From Candidatus Cloacimonadales bacterium (lineage in GTDB: Bacteria; Cloacimonadota; Cloacimonadia; Cloacimonadales; JAFGVF01): DNA of 64,000 nucleotides. Numbering within the stretch: position 1 is the first letter of the stretch; every line of letters begins with the position of its first letter. Shown here in pieces: positions 51,234-62,339 of this stretch. The stretch is from assembly GCA_963663475.2 (NCBI GenBank), contig CAXXJV010000002.1:1-64000 (forward strand), given 5' to 3'. Position numbers and translations under genes: made by a program. Under the pieces are notes generated by a model that ran no database searches, was not told the origin of the DNA, and saw only the letters and a program-made list of their open reading frames with translations.

Positions 51234-51866
51234 CTATTTGTCAATATTATTATAAAATGAATGATAGATATCTCTATATCTCGATATCTTGTGCATCTCT
51301 GCCCAAATAATGTTTTTCACAGCATAGACAGCTTTTTCCAAATCATCATTTACTACTAAATAGTCATAATGATCTATCAACTCAAGTTCCTTCTTTGCAG
51401 TATTCAACCTCTTTTCTATTACCTGGTCACTATCAGTAGCCCTCTTTCTCAAGCGAGACTCTAACTCTTGACCATCAGGAGGTAAAAGAAATATCTTGAC
51501 TAATGGGCAGTCTGTCTGCTCTAATTTTAAACAACCTTGTACATCTATATCCATTATTACATACTGGCCTTCATCAAAACAGGATTGAATAAACTTACGA
51601 GATGTTCCATAGTAATTTCCAAAGACATTGGCATACTCAAGGAATTCATTATCTGCTATCTTTGCTTCAAACTCTTGATTATTTAAAAAGAAATAATCTA
51701 CTCCATCTTTTTCTTGTCCTCGAGGCATACGAGTTGTTGATGAGATAGAATAACGAATATTATCAAAGTCATTTAATACACGCTCAAGAATAGTGGATTT
51801 ACCACCACCTGAAGGTGCAGAAAGAACTATCAAGAAAGGATTTTCGGATATTTGGGTTAAACTCAT
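51234..51866 (-). CDS. gmk: Guanylate kinase
   Basis: SAPSGGGKST, TTRMPR, DGVDYFF, YYGT, DIDVQG. Confidence 0.96.
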   Translation of the reverse strand: MSLTQISENPFLIVLSAPSGGGKSTILERVLNDFDNIRYSISSTTRMPRGQEKDGVDYFFLNNQEFEAKIADNEFLEYANVFGNYYGTSRKFIQSCFDEGQYVIMDIDVQGCLKLEQTDCPLVKIFLLPPDGQELESRLRKRATDSDQVIEKRLNTAKKELELIDHYDYLVVNDDLEKAVYAVKNIIWAEMHKISRYRDIYHSFYNNIDK

Positions 51867-51950
51867 TTTCTCTACTTTTGTTTAAAAAAATAGAGACTGT
51901 AATATAATTCTACTAAAAGCTATTTACTACAGTCTCTATCAGATAATTTA

Positions 51951-52331
51951 TTAGTTATCGATTAATTTAGCGTATTCTTGAGCACTAAGAAGATTTTTAA
52001 CTGATTCTTCGTCTTCTAAAATTACTTTGTAAATCCAACCATCTTCATAAGGGGATTTGTTGATTAAGTCTGGTGATTCTTCAAGCTCTTCATTAACTTC
52101 TATAACTTCACCTGTTACAGGAGAGTTGATGTCTTCAACTGCTTTCACAGCTTCGATTGAACCTATTGATTCACCGGCTTCAACTTCATCTCCCACTTGT
52201 GGAAGTTCAACATATACTATGTCACCTAACTCATGAGCTGCAAATTCAGTAATACCAATAAAGGCTTCTTTACCGACGACTTTAACCCATTCGTGGGATT
52301 CAGTATAATATAGTTCTTTTGAAAATTCCAT
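51951..52331 (-). CDS. gcvH: Glycine cleavage system H protein
   Basis: YTESHEW, LGDIVYVELP, IEAVKAV lipoyl site; AGGAG RBS before ATG 52331. Confidence 0.95.
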   Translation of the reverse strand: MEFSKELYYTESHEWVKVVGKEAFIGITEFAAHELGDIVYVELPQVGDEVEAGESIGSIEAVKAVEDINSPVTGEVIEVNEELEESPDLINKSPYEDGWIYKVILEDEESVKNLLSAQEYAKLIDN

Positions 52332-52473
52332 TTTAAATCTCCTGCTATTATTTTGATGCAAATTTCAAACTCCTATTTAATGTGTCAAGAATAAAATTTT
52401 ATCTGCCTTTTTTATTGACATATCTAAGAAAATCATTTTATTAGTACTAAATTTATTATGAGGTAAAATTCAC

Positions 52474-53385
52474 ATGAAAGATAAAGCAATTAGAGGTATA
52501 GCTGCAGATAAACAGATAAGATTTTTTGCAGTTAATTCGACCCAAACTGTCCAAAGGGCTCTTAAATCTCACTTCCTTTCTGTTACTGCAACCATCTTCT
52601 TAGGAAGAATGCTTTCTGCTGGTATCATGCTAGGAATGGACCTTAAAGATGAAAAATCTTCAATTACTCTAAAAATAGATTCTGATGGCCCTCTAGCTGG
52701 TGCAACTGTTGTTAGTAAGAATATGGGTAAGACTAAGGGCTATGTTAAGAATCCTCAAGCTGAACTTGAAGCTCAATCAACTATCTATGGCTTAAGTATA
52801 GCCAAAGCAGTTGGTAATGGTACTTTAACTATCATTAAAGATCTTAATGTTAGGCAACCTTTTTCTGGTCAAGTAGAACTAATTTCTGGTGAAGTTGCAG
52901 AAGATTTAGCCTATTACTTTGTCCAATCTGAACAAGTACCATCAGCTGTAGGACTGGGCTTGCTAGTAAATCCTGATGCTTCAGTTAAAAGCTCAGGTGG
53001 TTTTATTGTTCAATTAATGCCTTTTGCTAAAGATCAAGTAATCAGTAAGCTTGAAGAGAATGTAAATAAAATGCCTAATATTTCAGACCTACTTGATATG
53101 GGAAAAGATATAGAGACTATTGTGAGAGATTTTGTTTTAAAGGGTTTTGATTTCTCAATTACTGATGAATTAGAACCTTCATTCTCCTGTGATTGTAGTA
53201 AAGAAAAGTTCTGGGATGGCATTAAACTTCTTGGTTTGAGAGATATTCAAGAAGCTCTTCTGCATGAAGGGAAATTAGAAGCTAACTGCCATTTCTGCAA
53301 CCAGACCTATACTTATGCTGAAAATGATCTTTATAAAATGATAGATGAATTACAAGATGAGGGTAAAGAAAAGATATCTGAATAA
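52474..53385 (+). CDS. hslO: Hsp33 redox chaperone
   Basis: GEVAEDL.YYF.QSEQVPS, CDCS...CHFC. Confidence 0.93.
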   Translation: MKDKAIRGIAADKQIRFFAVNSTQTVQRALKSHFLSVTATIFLGRMLSAGIMLGMDLKDEKSSITLKIDSDGPLAGATVVSKNMGKTKGYVKNPQAELEAQSTIYGLSIAKAVGNGTLTIIKDLNVRQPFSGQVELISGEVAEDLAYYFVQSEQVPSAVGLGLLVNPDASVKSSGGFIVQLMPFAKDQVISKLEENVNKMPNISDLLDMGKDIETIVRDFVLKGFDFSITDELEPSFSCDCSKEKFWDGIKLLGLRDIQEALLHEGKLEANCHFCNQTYTYAENDLYKMIDELQDEGKEKISE

Positions 53386-53421
53386 AAACTAACAAGAAAA
53401 TAAACTAACAAGAGGTGACTT

Positions 53422-54621
53422 ATGAGAAAAACAGTCGTTGTCGCTGCTAAAAGATCTGCAGTAGGAAGCTTTGGAGGTCAATTCAAAGATGTTTCAGCTG
53501 TAGAATTAGGTGTTCAAGTATTAAAATCTATAATTTCAGACTTAAATTTAGATCCAGCTAAAATTGATGAAGTTATTCTTGGTAATGTAGTAGGTGCTGG
53601 TTTAGGACAGAATGTTGCCCGTCAAGTTTCTATTAATGCTGGTATTCCTGACACAGTACCAGCCTACACAATAAATAAAGTATGTGGTTCAGGAATGAAG
53701 TCTGTTACTTTAGCCTCAGCGATGATAGCTTTAGGTGAAGCTGATATTGTAGTTGCTGGTGGAACAGAGAATATGAGTCAGATTCCTTATATTATGAAAG
53801 ATGCTCGTTGGGGAGCTAGGATGGGAGATAAGCAATTAGTTGATATCATGGTTCATGATGGTTTATTTGATATCTTCAACGGCTACCACATGGGAATAAC
53901 AGCTGAAAATCTTGCTCAACAATGGAATATTACAAGAGAAGAACAAGATGCTTTTGCAGCACAGTCTCAAAATAGGGCAGAGAGAGCAATGAATGAAGGT
54001 AGATTTGATGATGAAATTGTACCGATTATGGTACCACAAAGACGTAAAGATCCAATAGCAGTAGCAAGAGATGAATTTCCTAGACCTGGAGTTACTAAGG
54101 AAGGATTAGCTAAATTAAGACCAGCTTTTAAAAAAGATGGAAGTGTTACAGCAGCTAATTCATCTGGTATCAATGATGGTTCTGCTATCCTGGTACTTAT
54201 GAGTGAAGATAAGGCTAAAGAACTTGGTTATCAACCACTTGCAACATTAGTTAATTATGCTTCTGGAGGAGTAGATCCTGCAATTATGGGTTTTGGTCCT
54301 GTTCCAGCAATTAAAAAAGCATTAAAGAAAGCTCAATGGGATATGAATGATATTGATTTATTAGAACTTAATGAAGCTTTTGCAGCCCAATCACTCTCAG
54401 TTTTTAAAGGTTTAGCTGAAGATGGTATTATAGTTGATCCAGAGAAAACTAATGTTAATGGCGGTGCTATAGCTATTGGACATCCAATTGGTTGTTCAGG
54501 AGCAAGAATTATTGTTACTTTACTTCATGAGATGAAGAAGCGTGGAAATAAAAAAGGTTTAGCATCTCTTTGTATTGGTGGGGGAATGGGAATTACTACT
54601 CTTTGGGAAATGGAGGAGTAA
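53422..54621 (+). CDS. Acetyl-CoA C-acetyltransferase (thiolase)
   Basis: NKVCGSG, NEAFA, GHPIG, CIGGG. Confidence 0.95.
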   Translation: MRKTVVVAAKRSAVGSFGGQFKDVSAVELGVQVLKSIISDLNLDPAKIDEVILGNVVGAGLGQNVARQVSINAGIPDTVPAYTINKVCGSGMKSVTLASAMIALGEADIVVAGGTENMSQIPYIMKDARWGARMGDKQLVDIMVHDGLFDIFNGYHMGITAENLAQQWNITREEQDAFAAQSQNRAERAMNEGRFDDEIVPIMVPQRRKDPIAVARDEFPRPGVTKEGLAKLRPAFKKDGSVTAANSSGINDGSAILVLMSEDKAKELGYQPLATLVNYASGGVDPAIMGFGPVPAIKKALKKAQWDMNDIDLLELNEAFAAQSLSVFKGLAEDGIIVDPEKTNVNGGAIAIGHPIGCSGARIIVTLLHEMKKRGNKKGLASLCIGGGMGITTLWEMEE

Positions 54622-54668
54622 GTTCTTTTTACACTAATTACCACGAATTATAACTAATTTCACGAATT

Positions 54669-54692
54669 AAGCCCTGCAGATGCAGGGCTTTT
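54669..54692. terminator. Intrinsic terminator
   Basis: AAGCCCTGCAGATGCAGGGCTTTT. Confidence 0.7.
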
Positions 54693-54737
54693 ACTAAAGT
54701 TATTTTTTCTTATAAAAGAGATTTTGACAAAGAACTT

Positions 54738-55286
54738 TTAGTAGTGGAGGATTAACTCGTTTGGTTTGGGAAGAGATTTTGGTAAAAGGTCTAATCTAAA
54801 AGGTATGTCATATTTAGTTATATCAGAAATCTTTTCTTCCATTAAATCATTATAACTACAGTACTCTATAACTAATTTTAAATATCTCCTGAGAACTAAA
54901 ATAGGTAATATATAATCTTGTTTATTCATCCATTCTAATAAGTCTAAATCTTTTTTAGAACTGTTACATTTTTGGCAAATAATTAATAGGTTATCACTCT
55001 TATCTAATACTAATTTTGATTTTGGTATTACATGGTCATATGAAAGTTGTTTAGTACTTCCACAGTAATTACATTTTTTTTCTACGTTAAGTTTTATTTT
55101 TTCATCGTCAAAAAAAGTTCCTAAATTAATTCTATTTTCCATTAGGCCCTTATATAATTTTGCTCTTATCATATAATTAACAGTATTGTAATGTGTCTGA
55201 TTTTTATCGATAGCACTATGGGCCATTGCTAGATTTGCATAAGCCCAAAAAAGTCTTTCTTTAACTAAAAGTTTTTCATTTTTCAT
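54738..55286 (-). CDS. HNH endonuclease
   Basis: CNYCG...DHVIPKSK...NLLIICQKCNSSK. Confidence 0.85.
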   Translation of the reverse strand: MKNEKLLVKERLFWAYANLAMAHSAIDKNQTHYNTVNYMIRAKLYKGLMENRINLGTFFDDEKIKLNVEKKCNYCGSTKQLSYDHVIPKSKLVLDKSDNLLIICQKCNSSKKDLDLLEWMNKQDYILPILVLRRYLKLVIEYCSYNDLMEEKISDITKYDIPFRLDLLPKSLPKPNELILHY

Positions 55287-55499
55287 TCTAACCTCTTAAA
55301 ATAATAATCTTAAAATAGAAAATTTTGTCAAGGACATCGTAATAGAATTTTGTTTCGACTAAAAATGTTCTTTTATATTCGTGATTTATTTTAATACTTC
55401 TTGTTTTAAAACTCTTTAATTTATTTAAATCCTTTGACAGAAAATCTTAAATCATAAAATCTGGTCATAGTTATAAAAATATGTAATCAGGAGATTTAT

Positions 55500-56744
55500 A
55501 TGTCAGAGAAATTAAATTTGACCAAATCAATGAAGCTTTATGAAGAAGCTTTAGAGTTAGTTCCAGGTGCAGTTGCTGGTATAAGAAGACCTTACAACTT
55601 TGTTCCTGGAGAATATCCAATCTTCTTTGACCGTGCTAAGGGTGGCAAGGTTTGGGATGTAGATGGAAATGAATATTTAGATTTTCTATGTGCTTATGGT
55701 CCAATTATTGTGGGTCATTGTGAAGAAGAAATTGACAATCCTGTAATTGAGCAGATTTCAACAAAAGGTTTTTGTTTTTCATTGACACAAGAGATTCAGA
55801 ACCAGTTAGTTAGAAAGTTGCAAGAACATATTCCTTCTTGTGAAATGGCAGCATTGTTAAAAACAGGATCAGATACTACTACAGCAGCTATTAGAGCAGC
55901 ACGTGCTTATACAGACAGAAAGAAAATAATCAGATGTGGTTATCATGGTTGGCATGATTGGTGTGTAGAAGTTAAGGGTGGGGTATTAGAAAAGAACTTT
56001 GAAGATACTTTAGAATTCACTTATAATCACTTAGATGAGTTAGAAGATTTAATGAAGAAACATGGAGATGATGTAGCTGGTATTATTGTAACTCCAGTTG
56101 GTCATCCACTAGGACATGAAGTTGAAATGCCTAAACCTGGTTTCTTAGAGGGTGTAAGAGAATTAGCAACTAAGTATGGTTCAGTTCTTATTTTTGATGA
56201 AATAAGATCTGGTTTCCGTTACTCTATGGGTGGCGCTCAAAAAGTATTTGGTGTAACTCCTGACTTATCAACATTTGGTAAAGCAATGGCCAATGGTTAT
56301 GCTATTGCAGCCCTAGTAGGTAAAAAAGAGTTTATGTCTGTTTTTGCAGATAAAGCTTTCTTATCTTCTACTTATTTCCCAAACAGTGATGCTCAAATTG
56401 CTTCTTTATCAACAATAGCTTTCTTAGAAAAATATAATGTTTTAGATGAAATTAAGACTAAGGGTAATAAATTTGCTGCTAATGTAAGTAAAATTGTTGC
56501 AGATTCAGGCTTACCTGTAAACTTCTCAGGTGGTGCTTTGATGCCTTACCTAACCTTTGTTCCTGATGCTGATAAAGTGTATAAAAAAGCTCGTGTTCAA
56601 TTCTATACAGAACTTATCAGGAGAGGTGTATTCTTACAACCTTATCATCATGGATACATTGCTTATCGTCATACTGAAGAAGAACTTAATCATGCAGCTA
56701 AGATGATAAAAGAATCTTTGGATGCAATAAAATCATTCTATTAA
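55500..56744 (+). CDS. kat: Class III aminotransferase, probable 3-aminobutyryl-CoA aminotransferase
   Basis: DVDGNEYLD, GYHGWHDW, FDEIRSGFR, TFGKAMANG; adjacent to kce. Confidence 0.75.
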   Translation: MSEKLNLTKSMKLYEEALELVPGAVAGIRRPYNFVPGEYPIFFDRAKGGKVWDVDGNEYLDFLCAYGPIIVGHCEEEIDNPVIEQISTKGFCFSLTQEIQNQLVRKLQEHIPSCEMAALLKTGSDTTTAAIRAARAYTDRKKIIRCGYHGWHDWCVEVKGGVLEKNFEDTLEFTYNHLDELEDLMKKHGDDVAGIIVTPVGHPLGHEVEMPKPGFLEGVRELATKYGSVLIFDEIRSGFRYSMGGAQKVFGVTPDLSTFGKAMANGYAIAALVGKKEFMSVFADKAFLSSTYFPNSDAQIASLSTIAFLEKYNVLDEIKTKGNKFAANVSKIVADSGLPVNFSGGALMPYLTFVPDADKVYKKARVQFYTELIRRGVFLQPYHHGYIAYRHTEEELNHAAKMIKESLDAIKSFY

Positions 56745-56769
56745 TAAATATACAAAAAATAAAAAATAG

Positions 56770-57615
<846 letters not shown>

Positions 57616-57710
57616 TTTCATTTATCCCATAAAGTAGACTAGGCTTTGATTTGAGAAGAATAACCAGTCTTCCCTAAAATTCTACTGCGCTACTTGGGCT
57701 AATAAAAAAT

Positions 57711-57736
57711 AAAGGCGGAAATTATTTTCCGCCTTT
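57711..57736. terminator. Bidirectional terminator
   Basis: AAAGGCGGAA/TTCCGCCTTT stem. Confidence 0.7.
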
Positions 57737-57775
57737 GCTTTTTATACTTCTTGTCTATTTGCTTTATCTAGTGGC

Positions 57776-58429
57776 TTAATCTAACTTCTTATGACAGAAC
57801 CACCAGTCATAGCATTCATATTTCTTTTCTGATAATCTTTTTTCAGCTGTTTCAACATCAGTTGCTGGAGGAATTATTACATGATCCTTAATAATTGAAT
57901 TATTTGGCCAATCTGCAGGCATTGCAACTTTCTCTTTATCTGATATTTGAAGTGCCTTAACAGCTCTTACAACTTCTTGGATATTTCTACCAATTTCTTG
58001 TGGATAATATAATACTAATCTTGTTTTGCCTTCAGGATCTACTATAAATACGGCTCTCACTGTATTTGTTCCCTTACCAGGATGCAACATTCCTAATTTA
58101 AGAGCTATTTGGTCATTGGCTGCAATTATAGGGAACTCAATTTTTACTTTAATATTCTCTTTAATCCATTCTTCCCATTTAATGTGGGAAAAAACTTGAT
58201 CAACAGACATTCCAATAAGCTCAACATCTAGTTTTTTCAACTCATCATAAGCTTGTTGGAAAGCTACAAATTCGGTTGTACATACAGGTGTGAAATCTGC
58301 TGGATGGGAAAATAAAATAAACCATTTACCCTTATAATCACCAGGTAGCTCTTTAACTCCACGTGTTGTCATAACCTTCATCTCTGGAAACTTATCTCCT
58401 AATAATGGCATATTCATTTGTTCGTACAT
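57776..58429 (-). CDS. Peroxiredoxin (Prx6 type)
   Basis: [15 protein letters not shown]-terminal CYDWWFC. Confidence 0.93.
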   Translation of the reverse strand: MYEQMNMPLLGDKFPEMKVMTTRGVKELPGDYKGKWFILFSHPADFTPVCTTEFVAFQQAYDELKKLDVELIGMSVDQVFSHIKWEEWIKENIKVKIEFPIIAANDQIALKLGMLHPGKGTNTVRAVFIVDPEGKTRLVLYYPQEIGRNIQEVVRAVKALQISDKEKVAMPADWPNNSIIKDHVIIPPATDVETAEKRLSEKKYECYDWWFCHKKLD

Positions 58430-58668
58430 TTCAATACTCCTTTTTCTTAATTAATTTTAAAATATTATAATGATTATAAAGTTTTATGCAAATAAAAATT
58501 TGTGTTTTTATAAAATTATTCTTAAAGAGTCTATTTTAGTAATTGTTATAAGGTAAGTTAGCTAAAACTATTTTTTGCTGAAGTAGATAGAAAATTTAGT
58601 AGAAAATTTTAGATAATTGAAGCCTGTCAAGTACCAATATAGTGGACACCTTTTTTATGTATCCTGAG

Positions 58669-59025
58669 GGGATAAGTCTTGAATCCCCAAAAGGGGATAA
58701 ATAGTTTAGCCCAGGGTAAATTCCTGAAGGGAATGCAACCCTGGGTACAGGTGATGAAAAACAAAGCCTAACCCTGAAAGGGTTAAATAACATCATATAT
58801 ACCATAGACTTATTATAATCCCAAATGGTGCAATAGAACTTTAGAGAAGAGTGCAAAAGAATATTCTGCTATTCTCAAAGATCTATTACATTATTTGGGA
58901 TAATACATTATTTATAATTTATTAAACCCTTACAGGGTAATATCTTTGCGCTAGCCATCATTACCCAGGGTTGCGATACTTTCAGCATCTTACCCTGGGC
59001 TAAATTATTTTATCCCTTTCAGGGG
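58669..59025. repeat. REP/REPIN-like composite with nested MITE family A copy
   Basis: Matches 43712-43878 directly and 37255-37320 inverted; CCCTGAAAGGG and AGCCCAGGGTAA/TTACCCTGGGCT inverted units. Confidence 0.75.
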
Positions 59026-59320
59026 TTTTTGATGAACCAATATAGTAATGAGATATTCTCATTTTCCTATATTATTCCCACCAGACTTGAACTTGAGCCT
59101 AATAAACACAAATTGACACCAATAATCAAATCTTAAAATCCTTAACATAGAGTTTTTAAGAGAAGGAAAAGAAGAAGGAAGAAAATTGCCACCGAAAACA
59201 CTGAAAACACCGATATTAATGTCTCCCCGTCTTTGAGTAAAAGCTCTTTCATTTTTCACTTTTAGCGAAAAACTTCTTTCAAGTTAGTTTTTTATTCTTG
59301 ACCCTATTCATCCTCTACTC

Positions 59321-59397
59321 ATCCCTTACCCTTCCTTTACACTCTTTCGATGAAAGTCCGGGTTTCATCGAAAGAGTGTAAAGGAAGGGTAAGGGAT
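59321..59397. repeat. 77-bp palindrome (35-bp perfect arms, 7-nt loop), copy 2
   Basis: ATCCCTTACCCTTCCTTTACACTCTTTCGATGAAA and its exact reverse complement. Confidence 0.95.
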
Positions 59398-59529
59398 CAA
59401 TAAGGAAAATTTGAGACATTTCTTAGATTTTTTTGCTAAATAGGACCATTTTGAAAAAAATGGACCCTTAAAGATTATGAGGGCTTGTTAAAAAACTTCA
59501 AGAAAATCTAAGAAAAGGAGGATAAAGCA

Positions 59530-60225
59530 ATGGTTGTTATTGAATTTAAAATACCACACGGATTAAAAGCCAAAGCTAGAAGAGAGGGATATTCTCTAGT
59601 AAAATATTCAAATCAGCCCTTTTATCACCTCCGAAAAAAAAATTCTCCTAAAATAGGGAAAAATCATCATAAGTTCCGCAATACCATGCAAGAACTAAAA
59701 ATATCTTATAGAAAGCTTAATGATGCTGAAAAGCTAGCACTGAAAGAAAGGAGAAAAAAGGAAGGAAGTACTAAGTCAGACTGGATTCAATTTGTCAGAG
59801 AATATTATAGAGGGATTAGTCGTCAAGCTCTTAAAGAAAAAAGACAAGTAAAAGCTCAAAACAAGAAAGATCAAGTTAACAAGCCACAAAAAGGAATTGA
59901 AAGTAAGAATTTAAGAGAAATGAAGAGTGACGGGACTTGCTCACGTAGTAGCGACTTCCGACAAATCAACTTATATTCGTCCGAAGTCCCTTGCCTAGGG
60001 CTGAGGAAGTCTGGTCTCCAACCCTTATTGACGAGACTTGCTCACGAAGTAGCGACTTCCGACAAGTTAACTTTCTTTCACCCGAATGACGAGACTTGCT
60101 CACGGAGTAGCGACTTCCGACAGCTTATATTCGTCCGAAGTCCCTTGCCTAGGGCTGAGGAACTCCGGTCTCAAACAACTCAGCGACTTCCGACAACTCA
60201 ACTTTCTTCGTCTGAAGTCCTTTGA
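59530..60225 (+). CDS. Small basic hypothetical protein whose frame reads through a REP array
   Basis: AGGAGG RBS; Lys/Arg-rich first ~130 aa; tail contains repeated TCSRSSDFRQ. Confidence 0.65.
   Translation: MVVIEFKIPHGLKAKARREGYSLVKYSNQPFYHLRKKNSPKIGKNHHKFRNTMQELKISYRKLNDAEKLALKERRKKEGSTKSDWIQFVREYYRGISRQALKEKRQVKAQNKKDQVNKPQKGIESKNLREMKSDGTCSRSSDFRQINLYSSEVPCLGLRKSGLQPLLTRLAHEVATSDKLTFFHPNDETCSRSSDFRQLIFVRSPLPRAEELRSQTTQRLPTTQLSSSEVL
59928..60222. repeat. Array of REP-like units
   Basis: GACTTGCTCACGxAGTAGCGACTTCCGACA x3 and GTCCGAAGTCCCTTGCCTAGGGCTGAGGAA x2 plus partial units. Confidence 0.85.
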
Positions 60226-60471
60226 TATACATATTGACTTACATGCCTAAATCTCAGATATTTGAATAAGACTTCTTATAACCCTTTGTGATATAAGAGA
60301 TTTGTTAAGAAAACCTAAAGAGTGAAATTTTATCGACTTCTTTAAAGATAAGCTATTGGGAAGAATGGCTTGCTGGTTGAACAGTTTTTCACTTTATATA
60401 AAAGATAATATTTAAGAAAAAAATTGACAAGATATTGAATGTGATTAATATTATGTTTAAGAGGTGAAATA

Positions 60472-60930
60472 ATGGGAAAAAAAGAAAATGAAGAAATAAA
60501 CAAGTTGCATAATTATATGGCAACTAAGCTTTTTAATGACACATGGGAACTGCTTGATAAGGAGAATAGGACAGCTGAAGAGGATATTTTAATGATTCAC
60601 ACAGCCCATGCTTCTCTTTATCATTGGTATCAATTTGGTCAAGCTAAGAACTTGTCTATTGGCGAATGGCAAGTTTCCAGAGTCTATGCAGAACTAAAAA
60701 TGGGACAATCTGCATTAAAGCACGGACTAGCCAATATTGATTTATGTCTTAAGCATGATATCTCTGGTTTCGAATTAGCCTATGCTTATGAATCAGTAGC
60801 TAGAGCTTATAAGGTTCTTGGAGATAGTAGTAAGATGAGTGAAATTTTAGAGAAGGGATATGCTGAAGCAGAAAATATCACTAATGCTGAAGAAAAAGAT
60901 TATTTAATTAGCGATTTAAAAACAATATAA
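60472..60930 (+). CDS. Conserved hypothetical alpha-helical protein
   Basis: FNDTWELLDK, MIHTAHASLYHW, GEWQVSRVY, AYAYES; TTGACA promoter and GAGGTG RBS. Confidence 0.7.
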   Translation: MGKKENEEINKLHNYMATKLFNDTWELLDKENRTAEEDILMIHTAHASLYHWYQFGQAKNLSIGEWQVSRVYAELKMGQSALKHGLANIDLCLKHDISGFELAYAYESVARAYKVLGDSSKMSEILEKGYAEAENITNAEEKDYLISDLKTI

Positions 60931-60942
60931 AAGGAGATTAAA

Positions 60943-62079
60943 ATGAAGAAAATACTTATTTTAATGCTTGTGTTTAGTTTAGGATTGATGTTTGTTGGAT
61001 GTAGCGATGATGATGATGACACTAGTGCTGCTGTGACAAGAGTTACTTTTAGAAATCAAACAAATGCTGATATTACTGTCATGATTGATGATATTGATGG
61101 TACTTTAACTGCCGGAGAATCTTGGTCTTATACTTTTGATTCTGCTATCTTTGATGAAGATGTAGATATGTTAACAGTTGATTATACAGTAACTGGTCTT
61201 TATGTTGCAACTGAGACAGGAACAGCTACAATTAACAAAAATCAAACTACTACAATAAGTGTTCTTCCTGAAGGCGGAATTATAGTATTAAAAAACAATC
61301 ACTATATCAATATTAACTCAGCTTTAATCTATCAAGCTGATCAAAGCCCTAGCGGAAACAATGAATTAACTAGTCCACTTGAACCAGGTGACTCTCTTCT
61401 AGTTTTAAAAGAAGCTAACAATTACCGTGTTACTTATAATTTAGAAAACAATACTTTTGTTACTTTAGATGCTTTCAACCTTGAAGACAACCAGATGTCT
61501 TATGCAAGTATTTCAGCTCAAAAGATATTAAATATTGATAATCAAACAAGTGGCTCAGTGACTTTCAGATTAGATGGTGGTTCATTAAACAGTTTAACTG
61601 CTAACACTTCTGAAGAATATATTCTTGGTGAAGAGTATGGTTTAAATGTTGAAGTATCTTATAATGGCCTTTATATCTTTGCAGGTTCAGAGACTTATGA
61701 CTTCTTCGCAGATACAAATTATGATGTAGAAGTTACTGCTGATGGTGGTGCTATATTTATCGTTAATGGAACTCAAGATAATATTACTGAAGTTTATATT
61801 GCACCTTCTTCTGATACTGAATGGGGTCCTGATTATATGTCTGGTTCTATTGGTCCTGACCAAGATTATGCATGGACAGTTGAACCCGGTCTTTGGGATG
61901 TCAAAATAGTTGATGATGCTGGTTATTCTTCAGAAGTTTATGAAATTTCTGTTTCTCTTAACCAATCAGAATATGTTGATTATACTGACAAGGCTAAGAC
62001 TCGTGGAACTAGCTCTAGTATGAAAAATAAAGCTCATTACAACTTCCCTACAAGTGGAACAAGAGTTGAAGCTAACTAA
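60943..62079 (+). CDS. Lipoprotein with repeated beta-sandwich domains
   Basis: Lipobox FVGC followed by Asp run; internally repeated domains. Confidence 0.75.
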   Translation: MKKILILMLVFSLGLMFVGCSDDDDDTSAAVTRVTFRNQTNADITVMIDDIDGTLTAGESWSYTFDSAIFDEDVDMLTVDYTVTGLYVATETGTATINKNQTTTISVLPEGGIIVLKNNHYININSALIYQADQSPSGNNELTSPLEPGDSLLVLKEANNYRVTYNLENNTFVTLDAFNLEDNQMSYASISAQKILNIDNQTSGSVTFRLDGGSLNSLTANTSEEYILGEEYGLNVEVSYNGLYIFAGSETYDFFADTNYDVEVTADGGAIFIVNGTQDNITEVYIAPSSDTEWGPDYMSGSIGPDQDYAWTVEPGLWDVKIVDDAGYSSEVYEISVSLNQSEYVDYTDKAKTRGTSSSMKNKAHYNFPTSGTRVEAN

Positions 62080-62122
62080 ATTTTAATTAAAAATAGAAAA
62101 GGGTTGCGAAAGCAACCCTTTT

Positions 62123-62339
62123 CAGACCTTTGACAAAAGCTCATATTTCTTAGAAAGTCATTTATTCTTTGAAAAATATAGGACAAAAGCCAATTCATAA
62201 AGTCGCTATATCTTTATCCAAACTCTTCTCTGCGATGTATTTAAATACTATCTTGCTTGAGTTTGAATAAATCTATTAGCGATCTCTTTTTGCAAAAAGA
62301 GACCAAAAACTCAGTGAAGTTGACTTTGTCAACACTCTG
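62123..62339. mobile_element. 217-bp MITE with IS1182-like ends, between two copies of a terminator hairpin
   Basis: TIRs CAGACCTTTGACAAA / CAGAGTGTTGACAAA (12/15); AAAAGGGTTGC...GCAACCCTTTT on both sides. Confidence 0.8.

Noticed and set aside
58596-59259. Short minus-strand ORFs (also 28521-28763 and 37243-37440)
   Set aside because: Translations of repeat or MITE sequence
59321-59515. Retron ncRNA or protelomerase site
   Set aside because: No reverse transcriptase or protelomerase nearby, and the palindrome has a 7-nt loop
59928-60222. CRISPR array
   Set aside because: Two alternating unit types, irregular spacing, dispersed single copies elsewhere and no cas genes; fits REP doublets
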